Source: Epithemia pelagica (lineage: Eukaryota > Protista > Bacillariophyta). From it: 64,000 nucleotides of DNA. The stretch lies in NCBI GenBank assembly GCA_946965045.2, contig OX337233.1:310001-374000 (forward strand). Direction: 5' to 3'. Shown piece after piece: positions 1 to 11,270 of the stretch. The number at the start of each line of letters is the position of its first letter. The first letter of the stretch is position 1. The notes under the pieces are model-generated. The model had not been told where the DNA came from, made no database searches, and was given only the letters and a program-made list of their open reading frames with translations. The position numbers were made by a program, and so were the translations under genes.

Positions 1-500
1 GTAACCTGGCGGACCAGTGCAAGACGTTTCTCACGAGTCATAGACAAGCCATACAATTGTTGTCTCATCGGTTACGCCATATAATCCGTGCTGCATCGGT
101 TGCTTCGCGAAGCGACGGTTGATCGTTGCAGGTTGAGACGGACAAGCATCAAAAGTCATCTCGAATTCATGATGTGATCCATGATGCGGCGGTACGATTG
201 CTGTAAGGTTGCGCAGTGCATGTTGTGATGGTGGTGGGGTGGAACTTGGTATGGCCCACATCGTCCATTGTCGTCGACCCCGTTGTTCTCCACGCCACAA
301 AACATTCCTAGCGTTTCTACCTAGTATCTTTTACTGTCATAAAGATCGTAGGTACAGGCTATAGTGCACGTCCATGACTAACTCCCAGCGGGAGGTAGTC
401 ATAAGAATTCGTGAATGAGAAGTTAGAACACCAAAAGCACGACACATATGCGACCCGACTCCTCACCCCCGCTGGGGACTACACCGTCGCATCGACCACG

Positions 501-595
501 ATGACGGCAAGATGAGGACGGCGACGACTTGACCTTATCAATCAATTTCACCAACATGTCTCTTCAAGAAGCGATGATTGAGGGGTGAAGAAGTG
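501..595 (+). pseudogene. 5' remnant of the LRR-TIR-family partner gene (truncated)
   Basis: ATGACGGC...GACGACTTGACC...ATGTCTCTTCAAGAAGCGATGATTGAG matches the remnants at 4513, 40599 and 55712. Those align to the N-terminus (MTTTT...MPLPETTMD) of the intact gene at 32357. Confidence 0.6.
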
Positions 596-899
596 GAATC
601 TTTGGCTTCTTCCACCAATTGCAAGGCACGGACCAGACGAACCAACTTGTCGGGAGACAAGTGCTTGTTCCATGGCAATTGCGGAAAGACACGCGAATCA
701 ATGCCAGCTTCCAAATACAAAATGGCTTGTTCCACAGCTCGTTTTCCAATTCGATCCCGATCCAGCCAAAGCAGTCCCAACCATTCGGGTGGGAGCGACG
801 GGTCAAAATCGGCTCGTAAAAACAAGCATCGAAAGAGGCTTGCCACCACGGTTACGTCATGCACCCGACACGGGAGAATCAACAGGTAAAGAATCGATT

Positions 900-1900
900 A
901 TGGGAAAGGGTCCCATCGCCCTTCCACATCGACCAGACGAAGATTCGCAACACCAACCAGAATCCAACGAAGAAGAACAACAAAAGTTCTTTAAGACTAC
1001 AGCCGAGACATGATCGGCGCCATTCGTGGTCGTGGTTTTGTTGTTGGTACTGCTGAGTTTGGTACGAGGCTTAAATGCGGTAGTGATCGAAGTCCAACAC
1101 TGCTGCTCGACATTGTTATAATCGTGCAACAAGGTTTGGCGGAACTGTCATTGAGGGGCAAGACATCGCGATGGGGAGCAGCTTGTTTCCAGGCATTAGC
1201 ATTCGAACGATGGGGAGCAGCTTGTTTCCAGGCATTAGCATTCGAACGAGCAATAGTGCGACAGGGAATAGCGGTGGTGGAGGTTTCCTGATTCGTTGTC
1301 GTTGTCGTCGCCGCCGTCAATGCTCCGACTTCCAAGATGGAATTGAACACAGCCGGTTCCACGGCAATAGCGCCGTCAGCAGTTTCGTCCAATTTAGGTA
1401 CTTCTTCATTTGTGGCTGCGTTCGTAGTTCGGAAGGTTGTGGGGTGGCAACGACGAGACTCGATTCCGTGTTGCCGTTCGGTCCATTGCGAGCAAATTAC
1501 CGACCTCATGATATAGAATAGTTGCTGTATTGGAGGAAATATCGAACACGTCGGTGCGAAAGATTCCAAAGGATTCGCAATTGTCCTGTCACCCAAAACC
1601 GCCACGAGCATCGAAAGACGGGGTACTGTCCTCTTGCGCAGGCATTAGCCATAGAAGGACCGGACTCCACACAATTAAACGCATGGTCGGAACGAAGATG
1701 ACCGTCCAAATAAGTCGCTGCGCCATGTTGTTTCAGGCACGCAACCATAATCTTCCACAGCATGATAACTCGACTCATTCAACAGCAGAGAGGCATGGTA
1801 CCATGGGCATCTTTACCCAAAGCCTGGCTCCACTCCTGTTTGCGGTGTCATGCCGGATAGTGTAACTTTCGTTTTCTACTAGTACAACGGTGTACATGAT
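900..1900 (+). repeat. Dispersed repeat unit X (probable decayed protein-coding gene), copy 1
   Basis: Homologous to about 12770-13500, 21120-21930, 37140-37500, 51830-52330 and 62330-63760. Recurring peptide frame IMGKG.IAL...HQPESNEEE...DMIGAIRGRGFVV...FDSVVIVQQGFGGTGIEGQDI, broken by different frameshifts in each copy. Confidence 0.6.
1171..1248. repeat. 39-bp perfect tandem duplication
   Basis: ATGGGGAGCAGCTTGTTTCCAGGCATTAGCATTCGAACG x2. Single copy in the paralog at about 62635. Confidence 0.95.
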
Positions 1901-2013
1901 ATCTCTATAGGTCGCAATGTCACGAAGAAAACAATCCAACTACTGTTTGAGAGTAAAATGATGATGCTATAATTCCACTATTGTTACGACATACATGCAA
2001 TACGTTGCACATT

Positions 2014-3198
2014 TCAAGTTTCATCCTTCCCTTCATCACCACGGTGTGTATCGGGCCTTGCGCGTTTACGAGCTGATGTCGAGGTGGAAAAGTGCGAAAT
2101 GTCAGCATCTCGGATACCCATTCCTTCCCGGAACTGGTACCATTCGTTCTGAGGCTGCTCATAGAGTCGTCGAAAACACCACGTATTCTTGTCCATTAAT
2201 GGGAATGTCGCACAGGTACGATTGTCCAGTCCACCGATCACGGCAACATGATTGGCAACGGTCACCATACTGCAGCACCATCGTTGTTCTTGCAGTCGAC
2301 GAAGATTCCACACGCGGTTGCGAAGCGTATCCAAGACTTGCACACTTAAATTGCCTCGTCCTCCCGCCACCACCAGACAAGATCCCACGGCTACCATTGC
2401 ACAAAAACCTTGAGGGTTGGAAAGCACCGATTCAGAGTGAGTGGTCCAAGCGGACGAGAAGGAAATGACTGTCGTCAAAGAGTCGTCTTTTCTCTCCTCT
2501 GCAAAGTCCAAATACTCCACCGAATCAAGTATTTCGTCACTGTTTCGGCCTCCAACGACAAAGATGCGGTGTCCAACGACTGCGCTGTCTACGTATGATC
2601 GAGGAACAGTCATGGATGGTCCAGCAGTGACAATGTGATTCCTGGTATCAACAATATCCACCGACGACCAATAACGATTGCTGCGTCCACCCATTACAAC
2701 GATGTATCGGTTGTGCACGGCAACAGCACAACATCCCACTCGTCCCGTTGATAATCGACATGTCAATGTCACCCAACTGCATTTACGCGTGCTGCTTATT
2801 GTTAAGGAAGATTGTAGCAAATCATTGGCATCGATTCGTTCAATACAATCCAAAGTTACTCGATTGTATCCTCCCATCACGTACACGCCGCCATTGCAAA
2901 CAACAGCGGCATGTCCAGCACGTGTCTTGTCGATGGATGGTCCTTCTCGCCACTGCTTGTCTGGGTCCGATAGATTCAATACAAGAACGGAATCCGTGGC
3001 ACCTGGGGCTTGTCTGTAACCTCCCAACACGACGACGGTTTGTTCTTGGTTGTTATCGGTAGGATTCAGTACGACCGAAGCATGATAGTAACGCCATCCA
3101 CCCTCAAGAGGAGGCCAGTCCTCGAAATTCCATTCAGGTGACTCGTCTAACAAAACAAGGTCCGACTGCCATGCTTGTTCTCTCAACGTCGTGGGCAT
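2014..3198 (-). CDS. Kelch-repeat beta-propeller protein (K1)
   Basis: About six Kelch repeats (GG doublet, W/Y, R-x-x-H/C motifs). ATG at 3198 (MPTTLREQAWQS); frame stays open to 3366. C-terminal basic tail RKRAR. No BTB or F-box seen. Confidence 0.9.
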   Translation of the reverse strand: MPTTLREQAWQSDLVLLDESPEWNFEDWPPLEGGWRYYHASVVLNPTDNNQEQTVVVLGGYRQAPGATDSVLVLNLSDPDKQWREGPSIDKTRAGHAAVVCNGGVYVMGGYNRVTLDCIERIDANDLLQSSLTISSTRKCSWVTLTCRLSTGRVGCCAVAVHNRYIVVMGGRSNRYWSSVDIVDTRNHIVTAGPSMTVPRSYVDSAVVGHRIFVVGGRNSDEILDSVEYLDFAEERKDDSLTTVISFSSAWTTHSESVLSNPQGFCAMVAVGSCLVVAGGRGNLSVQVLDTLRNRVWNLRRLQEQRWCCSMVTVANHVAVIGGLDNRTCATFPLMDKNTWCFRRLYEQPQNEWYQFREGMGIRDADISHFSTSTSARKRARPDTHRGDEGKDET

Positions 3199-4512
3199 GG
3201 TTCCAAACAATGACTGCAGCGGATTTATGGGGATCGAGACCCTGTCTTGAAAGAGGCACGTAGGTTTGCTCTGTTGTTGTGATTCTGATGGGTGCGGACT
3301 GGAAGCACGACTGACTGCACGAAATGGATGGACCAAAGAGGGGTAGGAGCGTTCGTCACGAGACAAATCGTGACAGTTGCTTCGATCGAGCTGTTGTGGC
3401 TGACACTACTCTTGTTCCACGGTTGACCATTGCATCCTCGTTCGGCGTCTTTTAAGCATCAAAAGTCATCTGGAATTCATGATGCGGCGGTACGATGGTG
3501 GGTTGGAACTTGTACTTGAGATATGGCCGTCCACATTCCACATCGTCCATTGTCGTTGACCCGTTGCTCTCCACGCCACGAAACATTTCTAGCGGTTCGA
3601 ATACCCTTGACTGTTTCTCGTATTGTAGTCTAGTATTAAAGGGGCGGGGTGGAGCCATAGAAACTCCAAATCTTCGTCGGGCGAGAACAGACGGTTTACT
3701 GTAGAGTAAAAAGACCCCCCGGGAAATTTGGAGAGGGGAAAGAACGCTTGCCACATTGCTGGCGTAACTGTAGATAAAAGTTTGGCATATCAATTACTAG
3801 AGTATCTCAATGTCGAAAAAGGGGAATAACGGTGACTTAACCTCCAAAAAAATAAAAGGAGCTAAAAGGGCTAGAAAACAAGGAGGGGTGAAAAAATTGG
3901 CTTGTATCGATGTCACTGACTGTTCTGGGGGCATGCTGTACGACTATCCAGCAAAGAGGTAAATATTTTAAATATGGTGTCGCAGTTCTCCGGGTTTCCA
4001 CTGAAATCCTGGAAAACAAGGATTACCCGGTATTTTTGATTATCTAGCGGTTGTATGACGTAGATATTCCATTCGACTATATGTAACATTGTAACTGAGG
4101 TAATTCCATACGATAAGGAGATTGCGGAAGAAGAAAAGACGGCAAAAATAATGAATGATAGCGATGGGGCGTGGCTACAGAATTCTATTAGTCGTAAGAT
4201 AAGCCAGGTTCTCTGTCAATTTAAACAAACACAAATGATAGATATGTTGCTGGCTTTCTAAGAGAAGATATACTGATGGATTCGAAGCACATACTTCCGG
4301 GTCGAATGATTTCTTCGGGGAACTGCGGACTACGGAGAGACTGCCTCCACCCCGAATTCAAAACATTCGAGGTTCAGGCTTTTTGGTGCAAATCCATAAC
4401 TCTAAGTCGAATCCCCCATCGGGGGTGAGTCACGAGGATTAGTGACTGTGTAGTTTGAACACCAAAAGTACGACATACATGCGACCCGACTCTACTACGT
4501 ACATCGACGACG

Positions 4513-4518
4513 ATGACA

Positions 4519-4571
<53 letters not shown>

Positions 4572-4730
4572 TTGACCTCTCATCGAGCAATTTCACCAAC
4601 ATGTCTTTTCCGGAAACGATGGAAGATGACAACAACCATCAAGTGGCCTCGTCCAATCCGTGGCAATTGAATTGCGGTTGCCAAGATTGATCAACACTCA
4701 AGTCACAGATCAAGGAGCGCAAGTCATTCG
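4513..4730 (+). pseudogene. 5' remnant of the LRR-TIR-family partner gene, head-to-head with K1
   Basis: ATG ACA ACG(n), then MSFPETMEDDNNHQVASSNPWQL and, after a frameshift, LPRLINTQVTDQGAQVI. Compare MPLPETTMDVNNPEMNECDPYQL and LPRLTNTKATDRTAQAI in the intact gene. Confidence 0.75.
4521..4571. repeat. (GAC)17 microsatellite
   Basis: Perfect GAC run; corresponds to an expanded N-terminal poly-Thr of the remnant. Confidence 0.95.
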
Positions 4731-5639
4731 CGAGAGGTTTTGTATGGACCCTCAAGTTCGAATCGACACTGTGGTGGATGGTGGCTGCTCCGTGCCGTTG
4801 CCGTTCTGATTTCTGGATCCGTGCCACTGCGATAGCCTCGTTGGTCGATGTGGGATTTTACTCGCGGCGCATCAGTATATGTGGGCAACTCAACATTGCG
4901 AACCGGTTGGGTAAATCGCACTATTTCGGGCCTTGTCAAGGATTTGATGCACAAGGGTCACTGTGGCAATTTTGTCATGTCATTTGAATCGACACAGTCT
5001 AAAGCCTTTGTCAACACCCATAACGCTCCTGCGAACGGCACATGGTGCGGTGGCTCACTCGATTTACCAGGCATTACGGCATTCACAACAAACAGGAGAG
5101 CCCGCTCGATTTTTGCAACAACAAGGAAATGGCCGACAATGGTGTCTCATCAGTCATAGACAAGGAAGAGCCATATACTCCGTGCTGCATCGGTTACTTC
5201 GCGAAACCATGGAACCGTTGTTGTAGTCGGAATGGCGGGTTGGTGTGTACCGGCCTATCGACATTCCGTACCAGCTTCAACTGCAACAGCGGATGTTGAT
5301 GACGGCCAATGAAGACGTGGACCAAGTCTCGATTCAATCTCTTATTCTGAAACCACGAATCTCTCTTTCTTCAACGTTGTGTGGATAGTTGTCCGTGGAT
5401 CGTCCTCAGTCAAATCCTCTCCAATCAACTCTGGATGGGAGTTCGGCTTTGGAGACGATTGACAAGGTATCATCATCGACTGCTCGCAATGTCTCTTGGA
5501 TGGTTGGACAACAAAGGTTTTGCCGTTCATACCTGTGCAAGGGATCGTGGCACCATCTCCGATATTCAGTACTGATGGCATGTGTATGCAATCCGTGGTA
5601 GACGCCCGGTTGGTATCCGGCTCGATTACTCAAGCTTGC

Positions 5640-6015
5640 GTAGGTCCCGATTGGTACGAGGGTTTCATTACCGATGCCCATGCCGATGGAAGGTATAGTC
5701 TCGATATGTGGACAGGGCAAGTCGCTTTGATCCCCCTACCGTGATTGGAGAAACGATTCAAGTACGAGTCATCGATGACAATAATATGGACGAGAGCAAG
5801 AGACCGAAACAGCTACGTGGGTGGATGAAGATTGTCGTGTGATTGCGGTCGAGTGTAGTCGGACACATGGCAAATCGCGACGCCCCTTTTACAGTCCTGA
5901 CACATGGTGGTATACGACAGAGTTTGAGGCCGGTGAGATTTGGAACAAGATTGAATTTGGTGATATTCAGCACGCTGTCAGAGAAAAGAACGAGGCACGT
6001 CCTCTACAGTCATAG
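5640..6015 (+). pseudogene. Degenerate Tudor/Agenet-like coding remnant
   Basis: GPDWYEGFITDAHADGRYSL and PDTWWYTTEFEAGEIWNKIEFGDIQ resemble W-Y-x-G-x-I...D-G-x-Y...F-D-D-G-E barrel motifs. The paralog at about 41460 reads GPYWHLAVITNVYADGRYL. Motif recognition by eye only. Confidence 0.35.
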
Positions 6016-6386
6016 TGATTGTAGTTTGTTACTGTTGGAGTCCAGCAAAAAAAAGCGACTTGTGCCAAACCATCTCTTGAATCTGATTGGTAGAGGCTGG
6101 CAAAGCAATTCACACAGTGACAAAAACACTCAACACAAAGCACGTCTCTTTTATGTTCTTTGTCTTTTCGTGAAAGTCACGTTCTGCCGGACGCTGTATT
6201 ACATGATTGCATTTCTACTACAAGGATCCTGAATAGGTAAGAATGTCATGCAGAGAACAAGACAATGGTTTAAGAGCAAAGTGATTATTCTATAGTTTCG
6301 CCATTGTAGGGCATACATGCAACATGTTGTACATTTTAGGCTTATCCTTCCCTCGTTCATTACGGTGCGTATTGGACGTGCTTCAT

Positions 6387-6650
6387 TTAGATTTTGATGA
6401 TGACGCGGTGCAGCTCACACAGTGGTCGAAAACACCACGAATTCTTGTCCATTAGTGGTACTGTCGCACAGGTAGGATTCTTGTATCCACCAATGGTGGT
6501 AATTTGATCCGCAAGACTCACTCGACAGCAGCGTTCAAGACGATTTCCAAAGGGTGGGAGATTCCACACGCGGGTGCGGTGCGTATCCAAGGTTTCCACA
6601 GTTGAATTGCGTCGTCCCGCCACGACCAGCCAGGATCCCACAGCAATCAT
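6387..6650 (-). pseudogene. Kelch C-terminal fragment (last two blades)
   Basis: AVGSWLVVAGRRNSTVETLDTHRTRVWNLPPFGNR...IGGYKNPTCATVPLMDKNSWCFR; no 5' part present. Confidence 0.85.
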
Positions 6651-6941
6651 TGCACAAGAACATCATGGACAGGAAAGTGCGAAGTGATCCATGGATGATG
6701 ACTCTGTGTCCTGCAAAGTGCCATGATGCCACCACAAAGTCCCAGATTCTTGTCTCACGACCACGGCAGTGGCTCTTCCACATGTAGAGACAAAAATTTG
6801 GTCTTCCTTCCCCGCCTTTGACAACAAACCAGCACATTCTATCTTGCAACATAATCTTTCAACTTTTGAGTAAACCACTTACTAGCTTCTAGGATTACAA
6901 TCGAACATAGAAAACAAGTCAATGACTTGAGAACAAAACGT

Positions 6942-8273
6942 CTAGTAGGCTTCATCCATCCCTTCATCACCACGGTGAGTATTGGACCTTGCGCGTTTAC
7001 GAGTTGATGTCGATGTAAAGAAGGGTGAGATATCTTCATCTCGGATACCGGCATTTTCAAGAGAATGATACCATCCGTTCGATTGGTGTTCACATAGTCG
7101 ACGAAAACACCACGAATTCCTATCCATTAGTGGCAATGTCGCACAGGAAGTAGTGCGCCATCCACCAATCACGGCAACTTGATTGGCAACAGTCACCATA
7201 CTGCAGCCCCAACGATCTTCTTGCAGTCCAGGAAGATTCCACACGCGGTTGCGGTGCGTGTCCAAGACTTCCACGGTTGAATTGCCTCGTCCACCCGCCA
7301 CCACCAGACAAGATCCCACGGCAACCACTGCACAAGGGCTTCGTCCATTGGAAAGCCTCAACTCCGACTGAGTGGTCCAGGTGGGTGAGAAAGAAATGAA
7401 TGACGAGCCAGTCTGCTCCTTTGTCTCATGATTGTCACAGGGTGTTGCATAGTCCAAGTACTCCACCGAGTCAACATTGCCATGCTCGCCATGGCCTCCA
7501 ACGACAAAGATGCGGTGACCAATAACCGCGCTGGTACAAAATCGTCGTGGAACAGTCATGGATGGTCCCGCAGTAACAGTGTGGTTGTTTGTATCAATAA
7601 TATCGACCGACGACAACGTTCGACCACCGCCATCGCCACCCATTACAAGGATGTATCGGTTGTGAACCGCAACAGCACAACATCCATTTCTTCTCGTCGA
7701 TAATCGACATGTCAATGTCGTCCAACTGCTCTCATGCGTGGTGGTGGTTGTCAAAGATGATCGAAGCAAATCATTGGCATCGATTCGTTCAATACAATCC
7801 AAAGTTACTCGATTGAATCCGCCCATTACGTAAACGCCGCCATTGCACACAACAGCGGCATGTCCAGCACGTGTCTTGTCCATGGATGGTCCTTCTCGCC
7901 ACTGCTTGTCTGGGTCCGATAGATTCAATACAAGAACGGAATCCGTGGCACCTGGGGCTTGTCTGTAACCTCCCAACACGACGACCGTTTGTTCCTTGTT
8001 GTTATCGGGATGATCAATTATGACCGTAGCATGATGCCAGCGCCATTCACCCTCAAGAATTGAGTTGACATAGCCTTGGCCTTGTTTGAATCCTCCCAAC
8101 ACGACGACGGTTTGCTCCTCGTTGTTATCGGTACGATTCAGTACGACGGAAGCATGATAGCAACGCCATCCACCCTCAAGAGAAGGCCAGTCCTCGAAAT
8201 TCCATTCAGGTGTCTCATCGTCTAACAGGACAAGGCCCGACAGCCATGCTTGCTTTTGCAGTGTCGTTGTCAT
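6942..8273 (-). CDS. Kelch-repeat protein (K2), chimeric, with an in-frame 41-aa duplication of blade 1
   Basis: 443-aa ORF from ATG 8273. Segment EGGWR...NSIL (123 bp) is followed by a second, divergent EGEWR...VLGG. Confidence 0.9.
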   Translation of the reverse strand: MTTTLQKQAWLSGLVLLDDETPEWNFEDWPSLEGGWRCYHASVVLNRTDNNEEQTVVVLGGFKQGQGYVNSILEGEWRWHHATVIIDHPDNNKEQTVVVLGGYRQAPGATDSVLVLNLSDPDKQWREGPSMDKTRAGHAAVVCNGGVYVMGGFNRVTLDCIERIDANDLLRSSLTTTTTHESSWTTLTCRLSTRRNGCCAVAVHNRYILVMGGDGGGRTLSSVDIIDTNNHTVTAGPSMTVPRRFCTSAVIGHRIFVVGGHGEHGNVDSVEYLDYATPCDNHETKEQTGSSFISFSPTWTTQSELRLSNGRSPCAVVAVGSCLVVAGGRGNSTVEVLDTHRNRVWNLPGLQEDRWGCSMVTVANQVAVIGGWRTTSCATLPLMDRNSWCFRRLCEHQSNGWYHSLENAGIRDEDISPFFTSTSTRKRARSNTHRGDEGMDEAY

Positions 8274-10306
8274 GGTGACGGCGCTTTACAACGACGTCTG
8301 CTACAACGTCGACGAGAAATGACAGCGAGCGTTCTTGCGTGTAGAGGAGAGAGAGAGAAGGAAAGTTGTGCCTGTCCTGCGTACGATGGTAAAGGGCAAT
8401 CAATCGCACATAGATTTCATGACAAGCCCCCAAAAGTATCTTTTGTGCTGCATTTATATGATACGACACAAAACAAGGGAGAGCGAGAGATCCCAAATAG
8501 TGATGAAGAGGTCCTTTTGAATGATACATTGGTCCACAGATTGGTAATTCAACATCCACAGATCGACAATCCCTAATTTCCAAGTCATCTCGTCCCACGC
8601 CATTCGTGGAACACCATTCTTTCCTTGGTCCTATACAGTCTGTTCACAACGACAGCAACAACAGAGAGAGTGGTCCTCTCTTGACTCTTCATCCAATGAT
8701 TTGAATGCATCGGGTATATAGTGAAGGAAGCAAGGCCACGACATGATGGACCAGAAGGAACCCATTGTGACGCGCTTCCCGTGTTGCATTAACAGCAGAT
8801 GCCTGCATTCGTCTTCTTTGGACCGCTTTCGAGAATGTCACGTGGCTGTGGTTGGACCGCAAAGGTTGGTCCCTTATGTCATTATTGATACCGACTCCAT
8901 CAATCATCATCTTTATGGGAGAGCCAAATCCGTGTCGTGCCGTCTTCGCCGGTTGTCAGTAATGCTCGCGCATGTCGTCCAATGATTGTGGCAGACGCAT
9001 ATCGCACGGGCTCAAGGGCCTCCGTTCGCCAATGGTGGGTGTCAGGACCGGTGCTACATTTGTCAATGGGTGATGTTGTCATCTCGATTGAAAACCACAA
9101 GAGTTCAAGAAGCAAAAGGTGAACCAGAGGAGTCGTCGCTTCGATGCACCTGGCGTCGAGAACGTACAAGAGTTTTGTGTGTCAGGATATGTCAAATTGC
9201 CGGTGTCAAACCACTAATGACGAAAATACACCGTTGCAACAATAGAGGCCGTTGGAAATTGCAGGATGTGACTGACAGATTCGGGAGTTGCATTCCTGTG
9301 GGTCTATTCCAAAAACATCCAGTTCCGCAATTTCTGAAACAGAGGTGGTAGTACAACGGCAAGAACAGGAACAAGACAATCACAGAGTGGCCTTGCCAAT
9401 GCCAGTGTGTTCTCTGAGATGAAACACCGATCGCGAACATGGATACTGACTGTGAATCCAAGCCTGGTAGTAGCTGCAGCGGCGGCAACATTGCAGTTTG
9501 AGCGTGGCTCGATCGATTCTCTGGTGTTTATTGGCCTGGAGCTTGGTCCATTGTTTGACAGCACCCGACAAGCTCTAAGCAATGTCCTTGTCTATGCAAC
9601 GACGGCAACCAGAATGCTTTTCTTCAGTCAACGTGACGCAAGTGTGCTTTCAGCTTCACGATTACACCAAGCCTTGGTCCGAATCCGCGCAGTCTCTCTT
9701 GGAAACAAGTCTTACTCGTCCAACCTTTGGGTGTTGTACTCCACAACCATACCGTGTCATTGTCATGGGTGGGGATCTGCGGCCACGAGAACAGAATTTT
9801 GGATTCACAAAGGAGTGTCGATGAGCACTACTGTCCCAGTAGTCTGAGGGAAGTTTGGTGGCCGTTCTACCCGAAACTTGTGCACAAGATGCTCTCCATC
9901 AGTCCGTCTTACGACTTGTTCTCTTTGCCCAAAAACATGGGCTGCCGAGAGCCAAGATCTTCTATCTGGGTAATCCGGATCATGACAGGTCCCCTGAACT
10001 CAAACCATTCAGTAACTGTCGAGAATGACACCTTGTGCCCATTCACATAAAGAGAGCAACATGCTGTTTTTTTTTTGTTACTTTATGGTACACTACTTTG
10101 AACCACGATATTTAATTCTTCCTAGTTGAGACGAGCGAAAGCCGCAACCTATTATAGGACAATCGGCAACTGCAAAAAGATTGTTCCCAAAACCTGTATA
10201 GTCGACGAGTGTGCCGTGGTGCAGTTTGGAAACTAGGTCACCTGCTCGAATACAATACTCGGCTTAAATCCGCAGAAATCAGGGATTATCAAACTCAAGA
10301 AGATCT

Positions 10307-11077
10307 TTACTTCTGCACTTTCTTTTTCTTGTATGGGTTGCTAACGGCTTTCTGTTGCTGTGGCTCATCCATTGTCGGAATGCTGACCTCCGGTATATCC
10401 AAAGAATTCCAGAACTGGCTGAGCTCGGTTCGCAAGCCTTGGTACTGGAGGAAGGATGGATCAAATAAGACAGCATGCTCGTAGTGTTTCAACCGAGAAG
10501 CTTGGGTATAGTTGTAAGATCCAACCATAGCTCCAGCACTGGTAAGGACCGCTTTGGAATGGAAAAATTCCGAATCGTTGCCGGACAACTTGATGCGGAG
10601 GCGAGCCACAGCGACGCGCCGATGTTCATACTTGCCGACAAAATTCTGCAGACTTTCAATATTCCAGGGAGATGGTCCCAGAACAATGAATATATGTAGA
10701 TTTCAAGCTGTCGGCATCGCATAATGACAGAGCTTATCTATCACAGCAAAGTCCGATAAGAATGGCGCGGATAGAAATACTTCAGAATTCGGCTCGGCCG
10801 CGGCGAGCAAATGAACGAGCGCCACAAAAGGATGGTTCTCATGGGCTATCGACTTGCCTGCTTCTGGGCCAGAGGGGTGGCGGATGCATGTATAAAGCAA
10901 GGTCGGGCGATCATTGGTAACAGCCATCTCACCACTCTGTTTGCCGTCGCCTAGCAGCCATGATTGATCCACAAATTGGTCGTCTCCTTCCCGCACCGTT
11001 TCGCTCTGTCGTTGACGTTCGTACTCAGCGTTGTATTCCCAGTAAGAGGTGTTGAGTTCCAAATTCGAGTCATTCAT
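10307..11077 (-). pseudogene. PLD-superfamily (single HxK motif) nuclease-like gene interrupted by one in-frame TGA
   Basis: ORFs 10703-11077 and 10307-10609 share a frame and are joined by 31 sense codons after TGA at 10703-10705 (about 256 codons in total). Motifs: LVHLLAAA...VFLSAPFLSD, LHIFIVLG, FHSKAVL...MVGSYNYT...HYEHAV, C-terminal NPYKKKK. The Asp of the HKD motif is not evident. Confidence 0.7.
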
Positions 11078-11270
11078 GGTTGTTCCAGAATATTAACTGC
11101 AGAATTTATGAGGATCGGGACAGGTTTGCTTTGCTCCTGTGATTCTGATGGATGCGGACTGGAAGCACGACTGACTTGCCGAAATCGATGGATAGAGAAA
11201 TATCGTGACTGTTCTTGTCACAGATCACGCATTCTTTTCGGAGAAGTTTTTGGATACCGAAATTAACGAC
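11078..11270 (-). promoter_or_regulatory. Copy of the Kelch-gene 5' leader/upstream region in front of the PLD-like ORF
   Basis: CATGGTT...CTGCAGAATTTATGAGGATC...GGTTTGCT...GTGATTCTGATGGATGCGGACTGGAAGCACGACTGAC matches the sequence upstream of the K1, K6, K7 and K9 ATGs (e.g. 3199-3320, 54179-54300). Confidence 0.75.

Noticed and set aside
4374-4670. Poly-Val / poly-Asp ORFs
   Set aside because: Translations of the (GAC)17 microsatellite.
5641-5730. VPIGTRVS...MEGIVS frame resembling the copia A extra ORF
   Set aside because: Not conserved in that frame in the 41460 paralog, which conserves the alternative W...IT...ADGRY frame; treated as coincidence.
8600-10050. Possible decayed gene or transposase
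   Set aside because: Only short ORFs in shifting frames; no catalytic motif recognised.
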